Part shown: in pieces, positions 7,244 through 16,836 of the stretch | Layout of the letters: each line of letters begins with the position of its first letter | How positions within the stretch are numbered: the stretch's first letter is position 1 | DNA from: Cytophagia bacterium | GTDB taxonomy: Bacteria; Bacteroidota; Bacteroidia; UBA7662 | Assembly (NCBI GenBank): GCA_009926405.1 | Contig: RFOZ01000002.1 | Coordinates: 1-42,840 of the forward strand | DNA length: 42,840 bases | Direction of reading: 5' to 3' | The notes under the pieces: model-generated | Told to the model about the DNA's origin: nothing | What the model saw: the letters and a program-made list of their open reading frames with translations, nothing else | Database searches by the model: none | Position numbers and translations under genes: made by a program

Positions 7244-8155
7244 TCATGATTTTTTAATGGGCTCATCCCCGGAAGAGCGCCGGCGGACCGTAACAGCGGC
7301 TTGGGGCTTGCGCAATGATCGATGGGGCATGGGTGGTCCATCCAAACCCAACCTGGTAGCCATTTCCTTCCAAGGACCGCTATAATTCACCAGTTCCCGG
7401 TTCTCCCTTACAACCGATGGATTGGCCTGAAAACGCTCGCTAAAACGGGTCGAGAAATAGGATAGACTTTTGAATCCAGTCAAAGCCGAAACCTCCGACA
7501 CATTGCCGCGGCGGGTGGCTAGCAAGTGAAATGCAGCGTTCAAACGATGCTCTGAAAGGAATTGCTTGGGGCTCATCCCCAGCAGCCTGTCCAAGCGGCG
7601 ATCCAATTGAGAACAACTGAGAGAGAGTGCATCGGCCATATCCGCCACCTGGAGGTCCACCCGGTGCATATTTTGGCGGGTGAATTCATGCAGCAAGCCC
7701 AAAAAACGCTCATCTTCGGAGGTTAAGGGGGCTTTTTTGTCATCGTAGAGGTATTTCTGATAGGAATACTTACACACCGTGTGCATTTGTTCCACCAATC
7801 GACGGCACGCCAATTGGAACAAGGTCTTGGAACAATCGGTAGCCAAAATCAAGTCAGCGCCAGCCTCCAGGGCCTGTTCCCAAAAATGTGGCCCCGGTGG
7901 ATCGGCAAGGCACAAAATGGGCAAGTGGGACAAGCGGCTGTGGGCTCGAATGTACCGAACGATTCCCCAAGGATCCGGAAAAGCAGATCGAATGACCAGG
8001 ACCAGTAAATGAGGACTCATGCGATGCACCTTGGACATTACCGCTTCGCTGTTGGAAAATTCCTGGACCTTGTAGAAGGTCACCAGGAGCGTTTTTAACC
8101 GTTGGCGTCCTCCGGCCAGGGGATCAACCAACAATGCAAGGTTCTTGGCAGACAT
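7244..8155 (-). CDS. AraC-family transcriptional regulator with N-terminal degenerate (pseudo-)receiver domain
   Basis: C-terminal HTH_AraC signature: 'ADALSLSCSQLDRRLDRLLGMSPKQFLSEHRLNAAFHLL...VSEVSALTGFKSLSYFSTRFSERF'. The N-terminal ~120 aa have CheY-like alternation ('LALLVDP', 'HLLVLVIRSAFP', 'PILCLAD', 'GADLILA') but no Asp at the phospho-acceptor position. Confidence 0.8.
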   Translation of the reverse strand: MSAKNLALLVDPLAGGRQRLKTLLVTFYKVQEFSNSEAVMSKVHRMSPHLLVLVIRSAFPDPWGIVRYIRAHSRLSHLPILCLADPPGPHFWEQALEAGADLILATDCSKTLFQLACRRLVEQMHTVCKYSYQKYLYDDKKAPLTSEDERFLGLLHEFTRQNMHRVDLQVADMADALSLSCSQLDRRLDRLLGMSPKQFLSEHRLNAAFHLLATRRGNVSEVSALTGFKSLSYFSTRFSERFQANPSVVRENRELVNYSGPWKEMATRLGLDGPPMPHRSLRKPQAAVTVRRRSSGDEPIKKS

Positions 8156-8351
8156 AGGATTGTACGTGGTTTTTTAGGAACACACCCCAAAATTCCAAAC
8201 ACCAATCGGAAGGTTCACCGAAGAGAACCCCTACAAAATCTTAGACAAATAACCAAACACAGGGTGAAAAGGGAAGCAGACTACAAAAAAGTCCCCCAAA
8301 AAACAAGGCCCCCACCCCCTACAAATCACCGAACACCCCTATACAAATGAA

Positions 8352-9653
8352 CTAGTAGGCAAAATATGGGCGAGCGGCAAACCAAATTTCCTCCGCACCC
8401 ACCGAACCCATGCCACCCACCACCCAATCAGGCTTCCATGCAGGGGGCAAAACCAAAAAATGCGCATCCATACCTGCGTGCAGATGGCCGCTATAAGCTT
8501 CACAACCCATGGCCAAAGCTGCTTGGGACGTCGTCGCTTCCAAGCCCTGGAAGGGACTAAGACCACAACGCAACACACCTAAACACCAATTCAACCAAGG
8601 ATTGCCCGAAGGAGCTGACCCGGGATTCATATCCGAGCCCAGCGCTACCCTTTGTCCCCTGGCCAGCATCGCCCCCAAAGGCGCGTAAGGCAGGTTCAAA
8701 TACAGGGAACAGAGCGGCAAACCCACCACCACCGGTGCTTCAGGTCCCAAATAATCCCAATCCCCATCGACCATTGTTTCCAAATGATCCATGCTGGCCA
8801 AACCCAAACGACAAGCCGCCTCAACCCCTCCAATGGCATTGAATTGGTTCAAATGAGCCTTTACAGGAAGGCCAAGACGATTTGCCGCCGTTGCCAGGGC
8901 CTCCAGGTCTTCAATTCCAAAATACCCGACCTCGCAAAAAATATCCACAGCATCCACCAAGCCCTGGTCGTAAAGGCTTGGAAGCCAATCTTCCACCACG
9001 GTTTGTACATATTCCTTCTTTCGGTGGCGGAATTCAGGTGGAAGGGCATGCAGGCCTAGAAAAGTATTGACCACGCGCACCCCGTTACGATGAGCCAATT
9101 GCCTGGCAACCCGAAGACTTTTGGCTTCGGCTTCCAAGGATAATCCGTAACCGCTTTTGATTTCAAAGCAGGCCACCCCTTGCTTCATCAAACGATGCAA
9201 TCGACTTTCGCTTAGCTCCAGCAAGTCTTCTTCAGGCAAGGCACGAACCTTGGCTACGGTGGACAAAATGCCTCCCCCGGCCTCGGCTATCTGCGCATAG
9301 GTTGCACCGCCCAACCGGGAAATCATTTCGGAAGAACGATCACCGGCCCAAACCAAGTGGGTATGAGGATCGCAAAAAGAAGGCATTACCGAACGTCCTC
9401 CTAGGTCCGTTCGTTGAAATTGATCACCCAACAAGGCGGGGTACCACGAATGCCATTGGGCTTCAAGTTCAGGAACTGCCGAAAGAAGGACCGGCTGGGA
9501 CCCCTTGGTCCAGGTTCCGAGTCCCTTCACTAGCCCATCGCCCACCAAAAGCCAGGCATCGGTTAAGGGTTGACCCCCTGGATAATCCGGCAAACCATGT
9601 CCCCATAGAGACCCTACCGAGGTGATCCAATGCCAGGATGGGTTTGGTTGCAT
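8352..9653 (-). CDS. hutI: Imidazolonepropionase (amidohydrolase superfamily)
   Basis: Motifs 'FCDPHTHLVWAGDRS', 'VKAHLNQFN', 'SMDHLE' and 'ALGSDMNPGS' fit the HutI metal-ligand pattern. The length (433 aa) is typical. Confidence 0.75.
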   Translation of the reverse strand: MQPNPSWHWITSVGSLWGHGLPDYPGGQPLTDAWLLVGDGLVKGLGTWTKGSQPVLLSAVPELEAQWHSWYPALLGDQFQRTDLGGRSVMPSFCDPHTHLVWAGDRSSEMISRLGGATYAQIAEAGGGILSTVAKVRALPEEDLLELSESRLHRLMKQGVACFEIKSGYGLSLEAEAKSLRVARQLAHRNGVRVVNTFLGLHALPPEFRHRKKEYVQTVVEDWLPSLYDQGLVDAVDIFCEVGYFGIEDLEALATAANRLGLPVKAHLNQFNAIGGVEAACRLGLASMDHLETMVDGDWDYLGPEAPVVVGLPLCSLYLNLPYAPLGAMLARGQRVALGSDMNPGSAPSGNPWLNWCLGVLRCGLSPFQGLEATTSQAALAMGCEAYSGHLHAGMDAHFLVLPPAWKPDWVVGGMGSVGAEEIWFAARPYFAY

Positions 9654-9785
9654 GATTTGGTGAATATCAAGGGGAAAATTAAACCCAAGAACAATTTTCG
9701 CACCATTTTTTCGTGTTCTAAACGATGTTCACCGGTTCAGCCAACCCTGCTCTTTAATTTTATTCCTCAAAATTTCTAAATAATA

Positions 9786-11243
9786 ATGGATTCAAAATTC
9801 CTGTCCATACCCAACAAGATTCTTTTTCCAACCCTGATGCTTGGCCTCTGCGCCATGATGGCATGGGCCGGGGCGCGCTATGCCTTGTGGCAATCCAACC
9901 GCAACACCTTTACCGCCACATGGCCTCTACCGAACGGTAGCAACCCCCGATTGACCCCGGCGTCGTTGGCCGGAATGCCTGATTTTGTTCAAGCCTGCGA
10001 GCAAAGCACCCCGGCCGTGGTCTATATCAAAACCACATCAACCCAAACGATGCGCAGTTTTAACGATTGGTTTTTTGGGGATTTTTTTCAACAAAACCCA
10101 CAAACGGTCCTCAATTCAGGTTCCGGCGTACTCCTATCCGCCGATGGTTACCTCGTCACCAACCACCACGTGGTTCATCAGGCTCAAAAAATTGAAGTGG
10201 TCCTGGCCAACAAACAAACCTATACCGCCGAATTGGTGGGTCAAGACCCGGGGTCAGACCTTGCTCTGCTCAAAATTCAGGGTAACAATCTTCCATTTAT
10301 GGCCTTTGCAAATTCATCAGAACTGCGCGTAGGTGAATGGGTCCTTGCCGTCGGAAATCCCTTCAATTTAACATCGACGGTCACCGCCGGCATCGTGTCC
10401 GCCAAGGGTCGCAACTTGAACCTTTTAAACAATATGTTCCCGATTGAAGCCTTTATACAAACGGATGCGGCCATCAACCCGGGCAATTCAGGTGGTGCAC
10501 TGATCAATACCGCTGGACTTTTGGTAGGAATCAATACCGCCATTTTATCCAAAACCGGATCCTACAACGGCTATGGTTTTGCGATTCCATCGAACATTGT
10601 TCGCAAGGTTGTAGCAGACCTCAAGGAGTTTGGCAAGGTCCAACGCGCGTTCATGGGTGCTGAGGTTGAAGGCCTGGATGAACGCTTAAGGAAAGAGGCC
10701 GGGGTGGATCATTTGAACGGAGTCTTTGTGACTTCGGTAAGTCCTATCGGAGGGGCCCGTGAAGCTGGCCTTCAAGCCGGCGATGTCCTGGTCGGTATGG
10801 ACAAAGTGCCCCTGAAATCCAAGGCTGATTTTGATGAGCAAATGAGTTATCGCCGCCCTGGAGAAACGGTTGAAATCAGTTTGGAGCGAAATGGAAAAAT
10901 CCTTATCAAAAAAGTTCGCCTAACCAACTTGAACGGCGATACTCAAATCCAAAAAAACCAAAGCGTGCGTTCCTCTGAATTGGGCTGTGAATTGGAACCC
11001 TTAACACAATACGAATTGGATCGCCTAAAAACAACCCACGGGGTACGAATCGCTTCCATACAAAGCGGAACCTTGAGCCGAATGGGAATTAGAGAAGGAT
11101 TTGTGATCACCCATATCAACAAAGCACCTGTGAAGACCCCATCGGACCTCATAGAAGCTTTGTCCTCCGTTCGAGGTCAAACCGTCATTGAAGGTTTTGA
11201 CCAAAACGGCGGGCGGGCGGTCTATTCGTTTTATGGTTTTTGA
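9786..11243 (+). CDS. HtrA/DegP/DegQ-family periplasmic serine endopeptidase (S1C) with two PDZ domains
   Basis: N-terminal TM/signal anchor. Trypsin-fold triad context 'VTNHHVV', 'DLALLKI' and '[16 protein letters not shown]', followed by two PDZ-like segments. Confidence 0.85.
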   Translation: MDSKFLSIPNKILFPTLMLGLCAMMAWAGARYALWQSNRNTFTATWPLPNGSNPRLTPASLAGMPDFVQACEQSTPAVVYIKTTSTQTMRSFNDWFFGDFFQQNPQTVLNSGSGVLLSADGYLVTNHHVVHQAQKIEVVLANKQTYTAELVGQDPGSDLALLKIQGNNLPFMAFANSSELRVGEWVLAVGNPFNLTSTVTAGIVSAKGRNLNLLNNMFPIEAFIQTDAAINPGNSGGALINTAGLLVGINTAILSKTGSYNGYGFAIPSNIVRKVVADLKEFGKVQRAFMGAEVEGLDERLRKEAGVDHLNGVFVTSVSPIGGAREAGLQAGDVLVGMDKVPLKSKADFDEQMSYRRPGETVEISLERNGKILIKKVRLTNLNGDTQIQKNQSVRSSELGCELEPLTQYELDRLKTTHGVRIASIQSGTLSRMGIREGFVITHINKAPVKTPSDLIEALSSVRGQTVIEGFDQNGGRAVYSFYGF

Positions 11244-12214
11244 TCCGAACCTCCACCTGGCTTTGCAATGGATTCCCGCATGTCGGTGTCTGCTTTGATG
11301 TTCTGCATGCGATAATAGTCCATTACACCCAATCGGCCTTGCCGAAAGGCATCTGCAATTGCCAGGGGAATTTGAGCTTCGGATTCAATAACCTTGGCCC
11401 GAGCCTCTTGGGTTTTTGCCTTGAATTCCTGTTCTAGGGCGACCGCCATGGCTCTCTTTTCTTCTGCACGGGCTTGGGCAATTTTTTTATCGGCTTCGGC
11501 CTGATCAGTTTGCAAACCGGCTCCGATGTTTTTACCTACGTCGACATCGGCTATATCAATGGACAATATCTCAAAGGCTGTTCCAGCGTCAAGACCTTTG
11601 TTGAGGACCACTTTTGAAATTTGATCGGGATTCTCCAAAACCTCTTTGTGGTTTACAGCGGAGCCAATGGATGAAACAACCCCCTCACCCACCCTCGCAA
11701 GGACTGTTTCTTCACCGGCACCTCCTACCAATTGTTTGATACTGGCACGAACCGTTACCCGGGCGCGGGCTATTAGTTGAATCCCGTCCTTGGCCACCGC
11801 CGTTACCGGAGGGGTATCAATAACCTTGGGATTGACCGACATTTGAACAGCCTCAAAAACATCCCTACCGGCCAAGTCAATGGCCGTTGCGGCTTTAAAA
11901 TCAAGGGGAATATTGGCTTTTTCGGCTGAAATGAGGGCCCGAATAACATTGTTAACGTGACCTCCGGCCAAGTAATGGGTTTCGATTTCGTTGGCAGTCA
12001 CATGAAGGCCTGCTTTGGTGGAAGTGATCATCGCGTTGACAACAATGGCGGGCGGGACTTTGCGAATACGCATGAGGACCAAATCCATGATGCCAATCTT
12101 CACGCCCGAAAAAACAGCCGTGATCCAAAGATTGACCGGAACAAAATACAGCAGGGTAAAAAAAGCGACAGCTAAACCACCGGCTACAAACAACAAAAAC
12201 ATTAAATCACTCAT
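11231..12214 (-). CDS. floA: Flotillin-like protein FloA (SPFH/UPF0365 family)
   Basis: N-terminal TM, then '[31 protein letters not shown]...', an SPFH domain, and a C-terminal Ala/Glu/Lys-rich coiled region. These are typical of YqfA/FloA. Its 3' end overlaps the htrA-like gene by 13 nt (convergent). Confidence 0.8.
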   Translation of the reverse strand: MSDLMFLLFVAGGLAVAFFTLLYFVPVNLWITAVFSGVKIGIMDLVLMRIRKVPPAIVVNAMITSTKAGLHVTANEIETHYLAGGHVNNVIRALISAEKANIPLDFKAATAIDLAGRDVFEAVQMSVNPKVIDTPPVTAVAKDGIQLIARARVTVRASIKQLVGGAGEETVLARVGEGVVSSIGSAVNHKEVLENPDQISKVVLNKGLDAGTAFEILSIDIADVDVGKNIGAGLQTDQAEADKKIAQARAEEKRAMAVALEQEFKAKTQEARAKVIESEAQIPLAIADAFRQGRLGVMDYYRMQNIKADTDMRESIAKPGGGSDQKP

Positions 12215-12268
12215 AACAAAAAATTAGGGAGAAATCAATAACAAGGTACGTCGAAAAGAAACAATCCA

Positions 12269-14095
12269 TTACATTCGTTCGGGCGCACTTATGCCCAATA
12301 AACCCAAGGATTCTTTGAGCAAGGTGCAGGCTTGGTGGCATAAGGCCAAGCGAAAAGCCCTGGCCTTCGGGTCTGATTCCTGCAATACGGGGCATTCATG
12401 ATAAAACCGATTGAAAGCAGTTGCCAAACCATAGGCGAAATCAGCAACGTGGGATGGGTTGTTTTCCCTGGCTGCCGCCTCTACAGAAGGCTTCCATTGC
12501 GAGAACTGACGCAGCAAGACACGTTCGGTTGCATGCCAATTTTCGTAGGTGTCACCGATCGCATGCATTGATTCCTGGGGATCTTCGGCTATGGCCCTGA
12601 CCAAAACGGAGGACAATCGGGCATGGGCGTATTGAACAAAAGGACCGGTATGCCCATGCAAATCCAAGGCCTCTACCGGGTTGTAAACCATGCGTTTGGT
12701 AGGATCTACCTTGAGCAAGTAGAATTTGAGCGCGGCCAAGCCAATTTCCAGGGCCAACGTGTTTTTTTGATCGTCCGATAAGTGATTCAACTTTTCAGAT
12801 TCAGCCAACTTAACTGCAGCCAGGTTCTGGACCTCGTCCATCAAATCATCCGCATCAACCACCGTTCCCTCCCGAGACTTCATCCTTCCATGCGGCAAAT
12901 CCACCATTCCATAAGAAAGATGGTAACAACGTGCTGCCCAAGGAAAACCTAGTTTATCAAGAATAGCGAACAAAACTTTAAAGTGATAATCCTGTTCGTT
13001 GGCTACCGTGTAAATCATGCGATCAAAACTCCAATCGTGTTGACGTTGCTCGGCGGTCCCCAGGTCCTGGGTAATGTAAACCGAGGTCCCGTCGCTTCGT
13101 AACAATATTTTGGAGTCCAGGCCCCTATCCTGCAAATCCACCCACACGGCTCCGGTATCATCTCGTCTGAAAAGGCCCTGTTGCAATCCTCGCTCCACCA
13201 AGCTCTTGCCCAATAAATAGGTTTCGGATTCGTAATAATTTCGGTCAAAACCTATCCCCAAGCGTTGGTAAGTCGCTTCAAAGCCTTCGTAAACCCAAGA
13301 ATTCATTTGCTTCCACAGGCCTACCACCTCCGGGTCACCCTGCTCCCATCGTTGAAGCATCTCCCTGGCCTCGATGAGGATAGGGGCTTCGTTTTCGGCC
13401 TCATCGCGGGTGCGGCCTTTGCCAACGAGTTCCTGGACCTGATCCTGAAAGGCCCGTTCGAATTCCACATAAAATTGGCCGACCCAATGATCACCTTTGA
13501 CACCGGCCGAGCGAGGATCTTGGCCTTGACCGAATTTCTGCCAGGCCAACATGCTTTTACAAATGTGAATACCCCGGTCGTTAATCACCTGGACCCGAAT
13601 CACCCGGTGGCCCAACGAAGAAAGGATGCGGTACATGGCATCCCCCAACAAATTGTTACGAACATGCCCCAAATGGAGGGGCTTGTTGGTATTGGGGGAA
13701 CTGTATTCCAAAACAATCGTTTCAGGCTTGAATTCTTGATCCCCTGGACCGTGGGTCAACGCGTAGCCTTGAGACCAACGCCAGCGCCAATAGGGCTGCG
13801 TCAGGGAAAGGTTCAGAAAGCCCCCAACCGCTTGGGCTTGTTGCACAAGAGGGGAACCGTCATCCAAACGGAGGGTGGGCCAAAAATCACTCAGGCGTTC
13901 CGCCAAATCAGCCGGGGATAAAGCGGCTTGTTTGGCTGGACCGAAAAGCACCAGCGTGATTTCACCCTCAAATTCGGGACGCGTTTCCTGCCAAACCAAT
14001 CTCGGTAACGCGTTCATCCATTCCGACTGCTCGGCGAACCACGCCAAGAGGGGTTGCTCCAGCCTCTGGGCCAGCATGGGATTCCATTCCATCAT
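12269..14095 (-). CDS. argS: Arginine--tRNA ligase
   Basis: Class I HIGH region 'SSPNTNKPLHLGHVRNNLLGD', an anticodon-binding C-terminal domain, and a terminal '...ISAPERM'. 608 aa. Confidence 0.92.
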   Translation of the reverse strand: MMEWNPMLAQRLEQPLLAWFAEQSEWMNALPRLVWQETRPEFEGEITLVLFGPAKQAALSPADLAERLSDFWPTLRLDDGSPLVQQAQAVGGFLNLSLTQPYWRWRWSQGYALTHGPGDQEFKPETIVLEYSSPNTNKPLHLGHVRNNLLGDAMYRILSSLGHRVIRVQVINDRGIHICKSMLAWQKFGQGQDPRSAGVKGDHWVGQFYVEFERAFQDQVQELVGKGRTRDEAENEAPILIEAREMLQRWEQGDPEVVGLWKQMNSWVYEGFEATYQRLGIGFDRNYYESETYLLGKSLVERGLQQGLFRRDDTGAVWVDLQDRGLDSKILLRSDGTSVYITQDLGTAEQRQHDWSFDRMIYTVANEQDYHFKVLFAILDKLGFPWAARCYHLSYGMVDLPHGRMKSREGTVVDADDLMDEVQNLAAVKLAESEKLNHLSDDQKNTLALEIGLAALKFYLLKVDPTKRMVYNPVEALDLHGHTGPFVQYAHARLSSVLVRAIAEDPQESMHAIGDTYENWHATERVLLRQFSQWKPSVEAAARENNPSHVADFAYGLATAFNRFYHECPVLQESDPKARAFRLALCHQACTLLKESLGLLGISAPERM

Positions 14096-14104
14096 AGCCG
14101 CAAA

Positions 14105-15082
14105 TTAAACATCTTCCTCCCTACCGGAGGGCACTTGCTGATCAATCGCATTGGCGACTTTGACCAAAATCTCAAAAGCCATCTCGGCCATGAGGTTTTC
14201 TTTGTCCAGGGTTGGGTTGATTTCAACCATTTCAAAGCAACAAACCTTGGGATTGCGTACCAGGTTTTGGAGTAGCTTGCCGGCCTCGCGTTCGTTGATA
14301 CCACCGGCAACCGGCGTACCCGTTCCCTGGCTCAGCTTGGAGTCCAAGCTATCGACATCGAATGAGATATAGATGATATCGCAGGCTGCCAGTGCGTTCA
14401 AGGCATCCAAGGCCACCCGCTCCACCCCCTTGCGGCGTAATTCGGCTACAGTAAAGACTTTGACCCGGTTTTCACGAATCAAAGAGGCTTCTTCGGTCTC
14501 CAAATCCCTCAAAGCGATGTAAACCAAGTCCTGGTAACCCAGCATCGGCGCAGACCCTGCCATTTGTTGCAAGGCATGCCAGCGCTTGACCGTGGCCGGT
14601 TCGGGCTCCCGCACCGCACTTGCTCTGTTGTCCTCACCCAAAGCCAGGGCCAGGGGCATCCCGTGCAAATTGCCCGAAGGGGTTGTCCAAGGCGAATGCA
14701 AATCCGCATGGGCATCGATCCAAATCACGCCAAGCCGTTGCCCTGGCCGCGCCTTAAGGATTCCGGCCAAGGTTCCGGCCGATGTGCTGTGATCCCCCGC
14801 CAAAACCAAGGGGTAGGCGCCATTTTCCAAACAAGCATGCACCGCATCCCTCACATTCTCCATAACCTCCCCGACCCCTTTGATGTAGCGGGCAAAGGGT
14901 GACCCTTCCGGGCCGTAGAGTAAATCATTGCGATTGGGGACCTCGGTCCTTGGCATTTTGTGAAAAAACCGACTGGCAAAGTCGTGAGCGGCTATTTTGA
15001 CCGCGTCCACACCCAGGCTGGCTCCCCGGGTCCCTGCTCCCAGTTCTGATTTCACTTCAATAAGGTGCAGACGGGATTGCAT
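14105..15082 (-). CDS. Arginase/agmatinase/formimidoylglutamase-family Mn-dependent ureohydrolase (exact substrate unresolved)
   Basis: Family motifs 'LAGDHSTSAG', 'WIDAHADLH' and 'ISFDVDSLD'. The N-terminal 'ELGAGTRGASLGVDA' is typical of Bacteroidota members. The stop lies 9 nt upstream of the argS start. Confidence 0.8.
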   Translation of the reverse strand: MQSRLHLIEVKSELGAGTRGASLGVDAVKIAAHDFASRFFHKMPRTEVPNRNDLLYGPEGSPFARYIKGVGEVMENVRDAVHACLENGAYPLVLAGDHSTSAGTLAGILKARPGQRLGVIWIDAHADLHSPWTTPSGNLHGMPLALALGEDNRASAVREPEPATVKRWHALQQMAGSAPMLGYQDLVYIALRDLETEEASLIRENRVKVFTVAELRRKGVERVALDALNALAACDIIYISFDVDSLDSKLSQGTGTPVAGGINEREAGKLLQNLVRNPKVCCFEMVEINPTLDKENLMAEMAFEILVKVANAIDQQVPSGREEDV

Positions 15083-15154
15083 CCGTTGGGCAGGGGTTGG
15101 GATAATGCTGAGGTTAAATCGGAATGAAGGGGGTGTAGGGGGGTCAGAAATCTT

Positions 15155-15162
15155 TAAATTTG
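15155..15162 (+). promoter_or_regulatory. Candidate -7 promoter box for the arginine decarboxylase gene
   Basis: TAAATTTG (TAnnTTTG) lies 28 nt upstream of the TTG start at 15191. It sits in the spacer of a 9-bp inverted repeat, ATGAAGGGG (15124-15132) / CCCCTTCAT (15165-15173). Confidence 0.4.
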
Positions 15163-15190
15163 CGCCCCTTCATCCCCAAAACGCCTCCAC

Positions 15191-16573
15191 TTGCAAAGCT
15201 ACGCAGAATTTTTGGACCTCAGTGTGGGTTTCCCCCAGGACGGTTGGAAATTGCTGGACGACGAATTGTACTTCCGCGATATCAACCTTATGGAGCTGGC
15301 CGAAACCTTCGGCACCCCCTTGCGATTCACCTACCTCCCCGTGATTTCCCAAAAAATCCAGGAGGCCAAGAGGCTCTTTGCTCAGGCCATGAAGGAACAT
15401 CAATACAAAGGTTCCTACACCTATTGCTATTGCACCAAATCTTCGCATTTCCGCCACATCCTCGAAGAGGCGCTGGCCAACGATATCCATCTGGAAACCT
15501 CCTCGGCTTTTGATATACCAATTATCGAAGCACTGGAACGCAAAGGGTTGATTCAGAAGGATATCATGATTGTTTGCAATGGCTTCAAAAAAGAGCTTTA
15601 CAAGGAGAACATTGTGGACCTATTGCACGATGGCTTCCGGAACATCATCCCGGTTCTCGATAACAAAGAGGAATTCAATTACTACGATAACGAGGTTGAA
15701 TCCGAAATGCAATTGGGAATCCGGTTATCGGCCGAAGAAAAGCCGGATTTTCCCTTCTACACCAGCCGCCTGGGCATACGAGCCGATGAAATTGTGGATT
15801 TTTACCAGCACAAAATCAAAGAGGACGGACGGTTCAAGCTCAAGCTTTTGCACTTTTTTGTGTCCTCCGGATTCAACGACACCCCTCACTTCTGGAACGA
15901 ACTCGAAAAACTGGTCCTGACCTATGCCAAACTCCGCAAAGTCTGCCCTGATTTGCATATGCTGGACATTGGTGGTGGCTTGCCCTTCAAAAATTCCTTG
16001 GAATTCAATTACGACTACACTTACATGGTGGGCGAAATTGTGGGGCGTATCAAGACCATTTGCCAAGAAAACGGGGTGCCCGAGCCCGATTTGGTAACCG
16101 AATTTGGATCCTACACCGTGGCCGAGGCTACGGGCATCATTTTCAAGGTTTTGGGGCGCAAACAGCAAAACGATCGCGAAAAATGGCTCATGGTGGACGG
16201 CAGCCTGATTACGATGCTACCCGATGTTTGGGCAATGAACCAGAATTTTATTATGCTACCCCTGAACAACTGGGATGCCGAATACGAAAAGGTGAACATT
16301 GGCGGCATTACCTGCGATAGCCTGGATTACTACAAAACCGAGCCCAACAACGCCTCCACCTGGATGCCCAAAACCCGCAAGGCCCAATACCTGGCCTTTT
16401 TTCATACCGGGGCTTACCAAGAAACGCTGAGCGGGACCGGAGGCATCCACCACTGCCTCATTCCCACCCCCCGACACGTTTTGATTCGCAAAACCAAGGA
16501 CAATCAAGTGGATTACCGTTTGTTTCAAGAAGAACAAAGCAGCAAACAAGTTCTCAAGATTTTAGGATATTAG
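15191..16573 (+). CDS. speA: Arginine decarboxylase, short Bacteroidota type (fold-type III PLP enzyme)
   Basis: 'GTPLRFTYLP', PLP-lysine context 'YTYCYCTKSSHF', 'HLETSSAFD' and 'HMLDIGGGLP'. 460 aa. The start is TTG at 15191, the first start codon in the frame. The N-terminal 'LSVGFPQDGWKLLDDELYFRDINLMEL' resembles family N-termini, so the later ATG is unlikely. Confidence 0.8.
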   Translation: MQSYAEFLDLSVGFPQDGWKLLDDELYFRDINLMELAETFGTPLRFTYLPVISQKIQEAKRLFAQAMKEHQYKGSYTYCYCTKSSHFRHILEEALANDIHLETSSAFDIPIIEALERKGLIQKDIMIVCNGFKKELYKENIVDLLHDGFRNIIPVLDNKEEFNYYDNEVESEMQLGIRLSAEEKPDFPFYTSRLGIRADEIVDFYQHKIKEDGRFKLKLLHFFVSSGFNDTPHFWNELEKLVLTYAKLRKVCPDLHMLDIGGGLPFKNSLEFNYDYTYMVGEIVGRIKTICQENGVPEPDLVTEFGSYTVAEATGIIFKVLGRKQQNDREKWLMVDGSLITMLPDVWAMNQNFIMLPLNNWDAEYEKVNIGGITCDSLDYYKTEPNNASTWMPKTRKAQYLAFFHTGAYQETLSGTGGIHHCLIPTPRHVLIRKTKDNQVDYRLFQEEQSSKQVLKILGY

Positions 16574-16653
16574 GGCAATCCGCCTATCTTTGACCTCCTT
16601 TTGGAATCACCCAACTCCGGAAACCTTTTCCCCTCAAACCGAAACCACCCACC

Positions 16654-16830
16654 ATGGCCGTCAGTACCCTTAAGCGCAAAGCTGCCAAGAACCGCATCAA
16701 ATCTGCCTTGAGAAACCAAAAACTCAAAGGCACCACCTTAGGATCTTACGCCAACCCCAACCGGGTTGCCCGCGTTTCGATTTCCGAATCTTTGGGGCAG
16801 CAGAGCCACAGCGAGAACACAGAGGCCTAA
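16654..16830 (+). CDS. Small basic hypothetical protein (58 aa), below the ORF-track cutoff
   Basis: ATG 16654 to TAA 16828-16830 encodes MAVSTLKRKAAKNRIKSALRNQKLKGTTLGSYANPNRVARVSISESLGQQSHSENTEA. It fills an otherwise empty 263-nt gap, and its stop codon sits in the loop of a hairpin. I recognise no homology. Confidence 0.3.
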   Translation: MAVSTLKRKAAKNRIKSALRNQKLKGTTLGSYANPNRVARVSISESLGQQSHSENTEA

Positions 16831-16836
16831 GCCTCT
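16821..16836. terminator. Short hairpin between convergent gene ends
   Basis: AGAGGC (16821-16826), loop CTAA, GCCTCT (16831-16836). It lies directly next to the carboxyltransferase stop (16837-16839). The stem is short and there is no long U-run, so it is weak. Confidence 0.3.

Noticed and set aside
222-8155. The idea that tRNA-Arg marks the integration site of a genomic island carrying the GH16, rhodopsin and CAZyme genes.
   Set aside because: There is no integrase, and I could see no direct repeat of the tRNA 3' end or other mobility gene downstream. The only hints are an XRE fragment and AT-rich DNA on the other side. That is insufficient evidence.
8102-8350. An 82-aa plus-strand ORF in the C/A-rich spacer between the AraC gene and hutI.
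   Set aside because: It overlaps the AraC start and is a low-complexity Pro/Lys/Thr-rich peptide. It more likely reflects strand-skewed intergenic composition.
11231-11243. A 13-nt overlap of the convergent 3' ends of the HtrA-like gene and floA.
   Set aside because: Both stops were verified in the sequence. This is a compact-genome feature with no further structure, so it is not reported as a finding.
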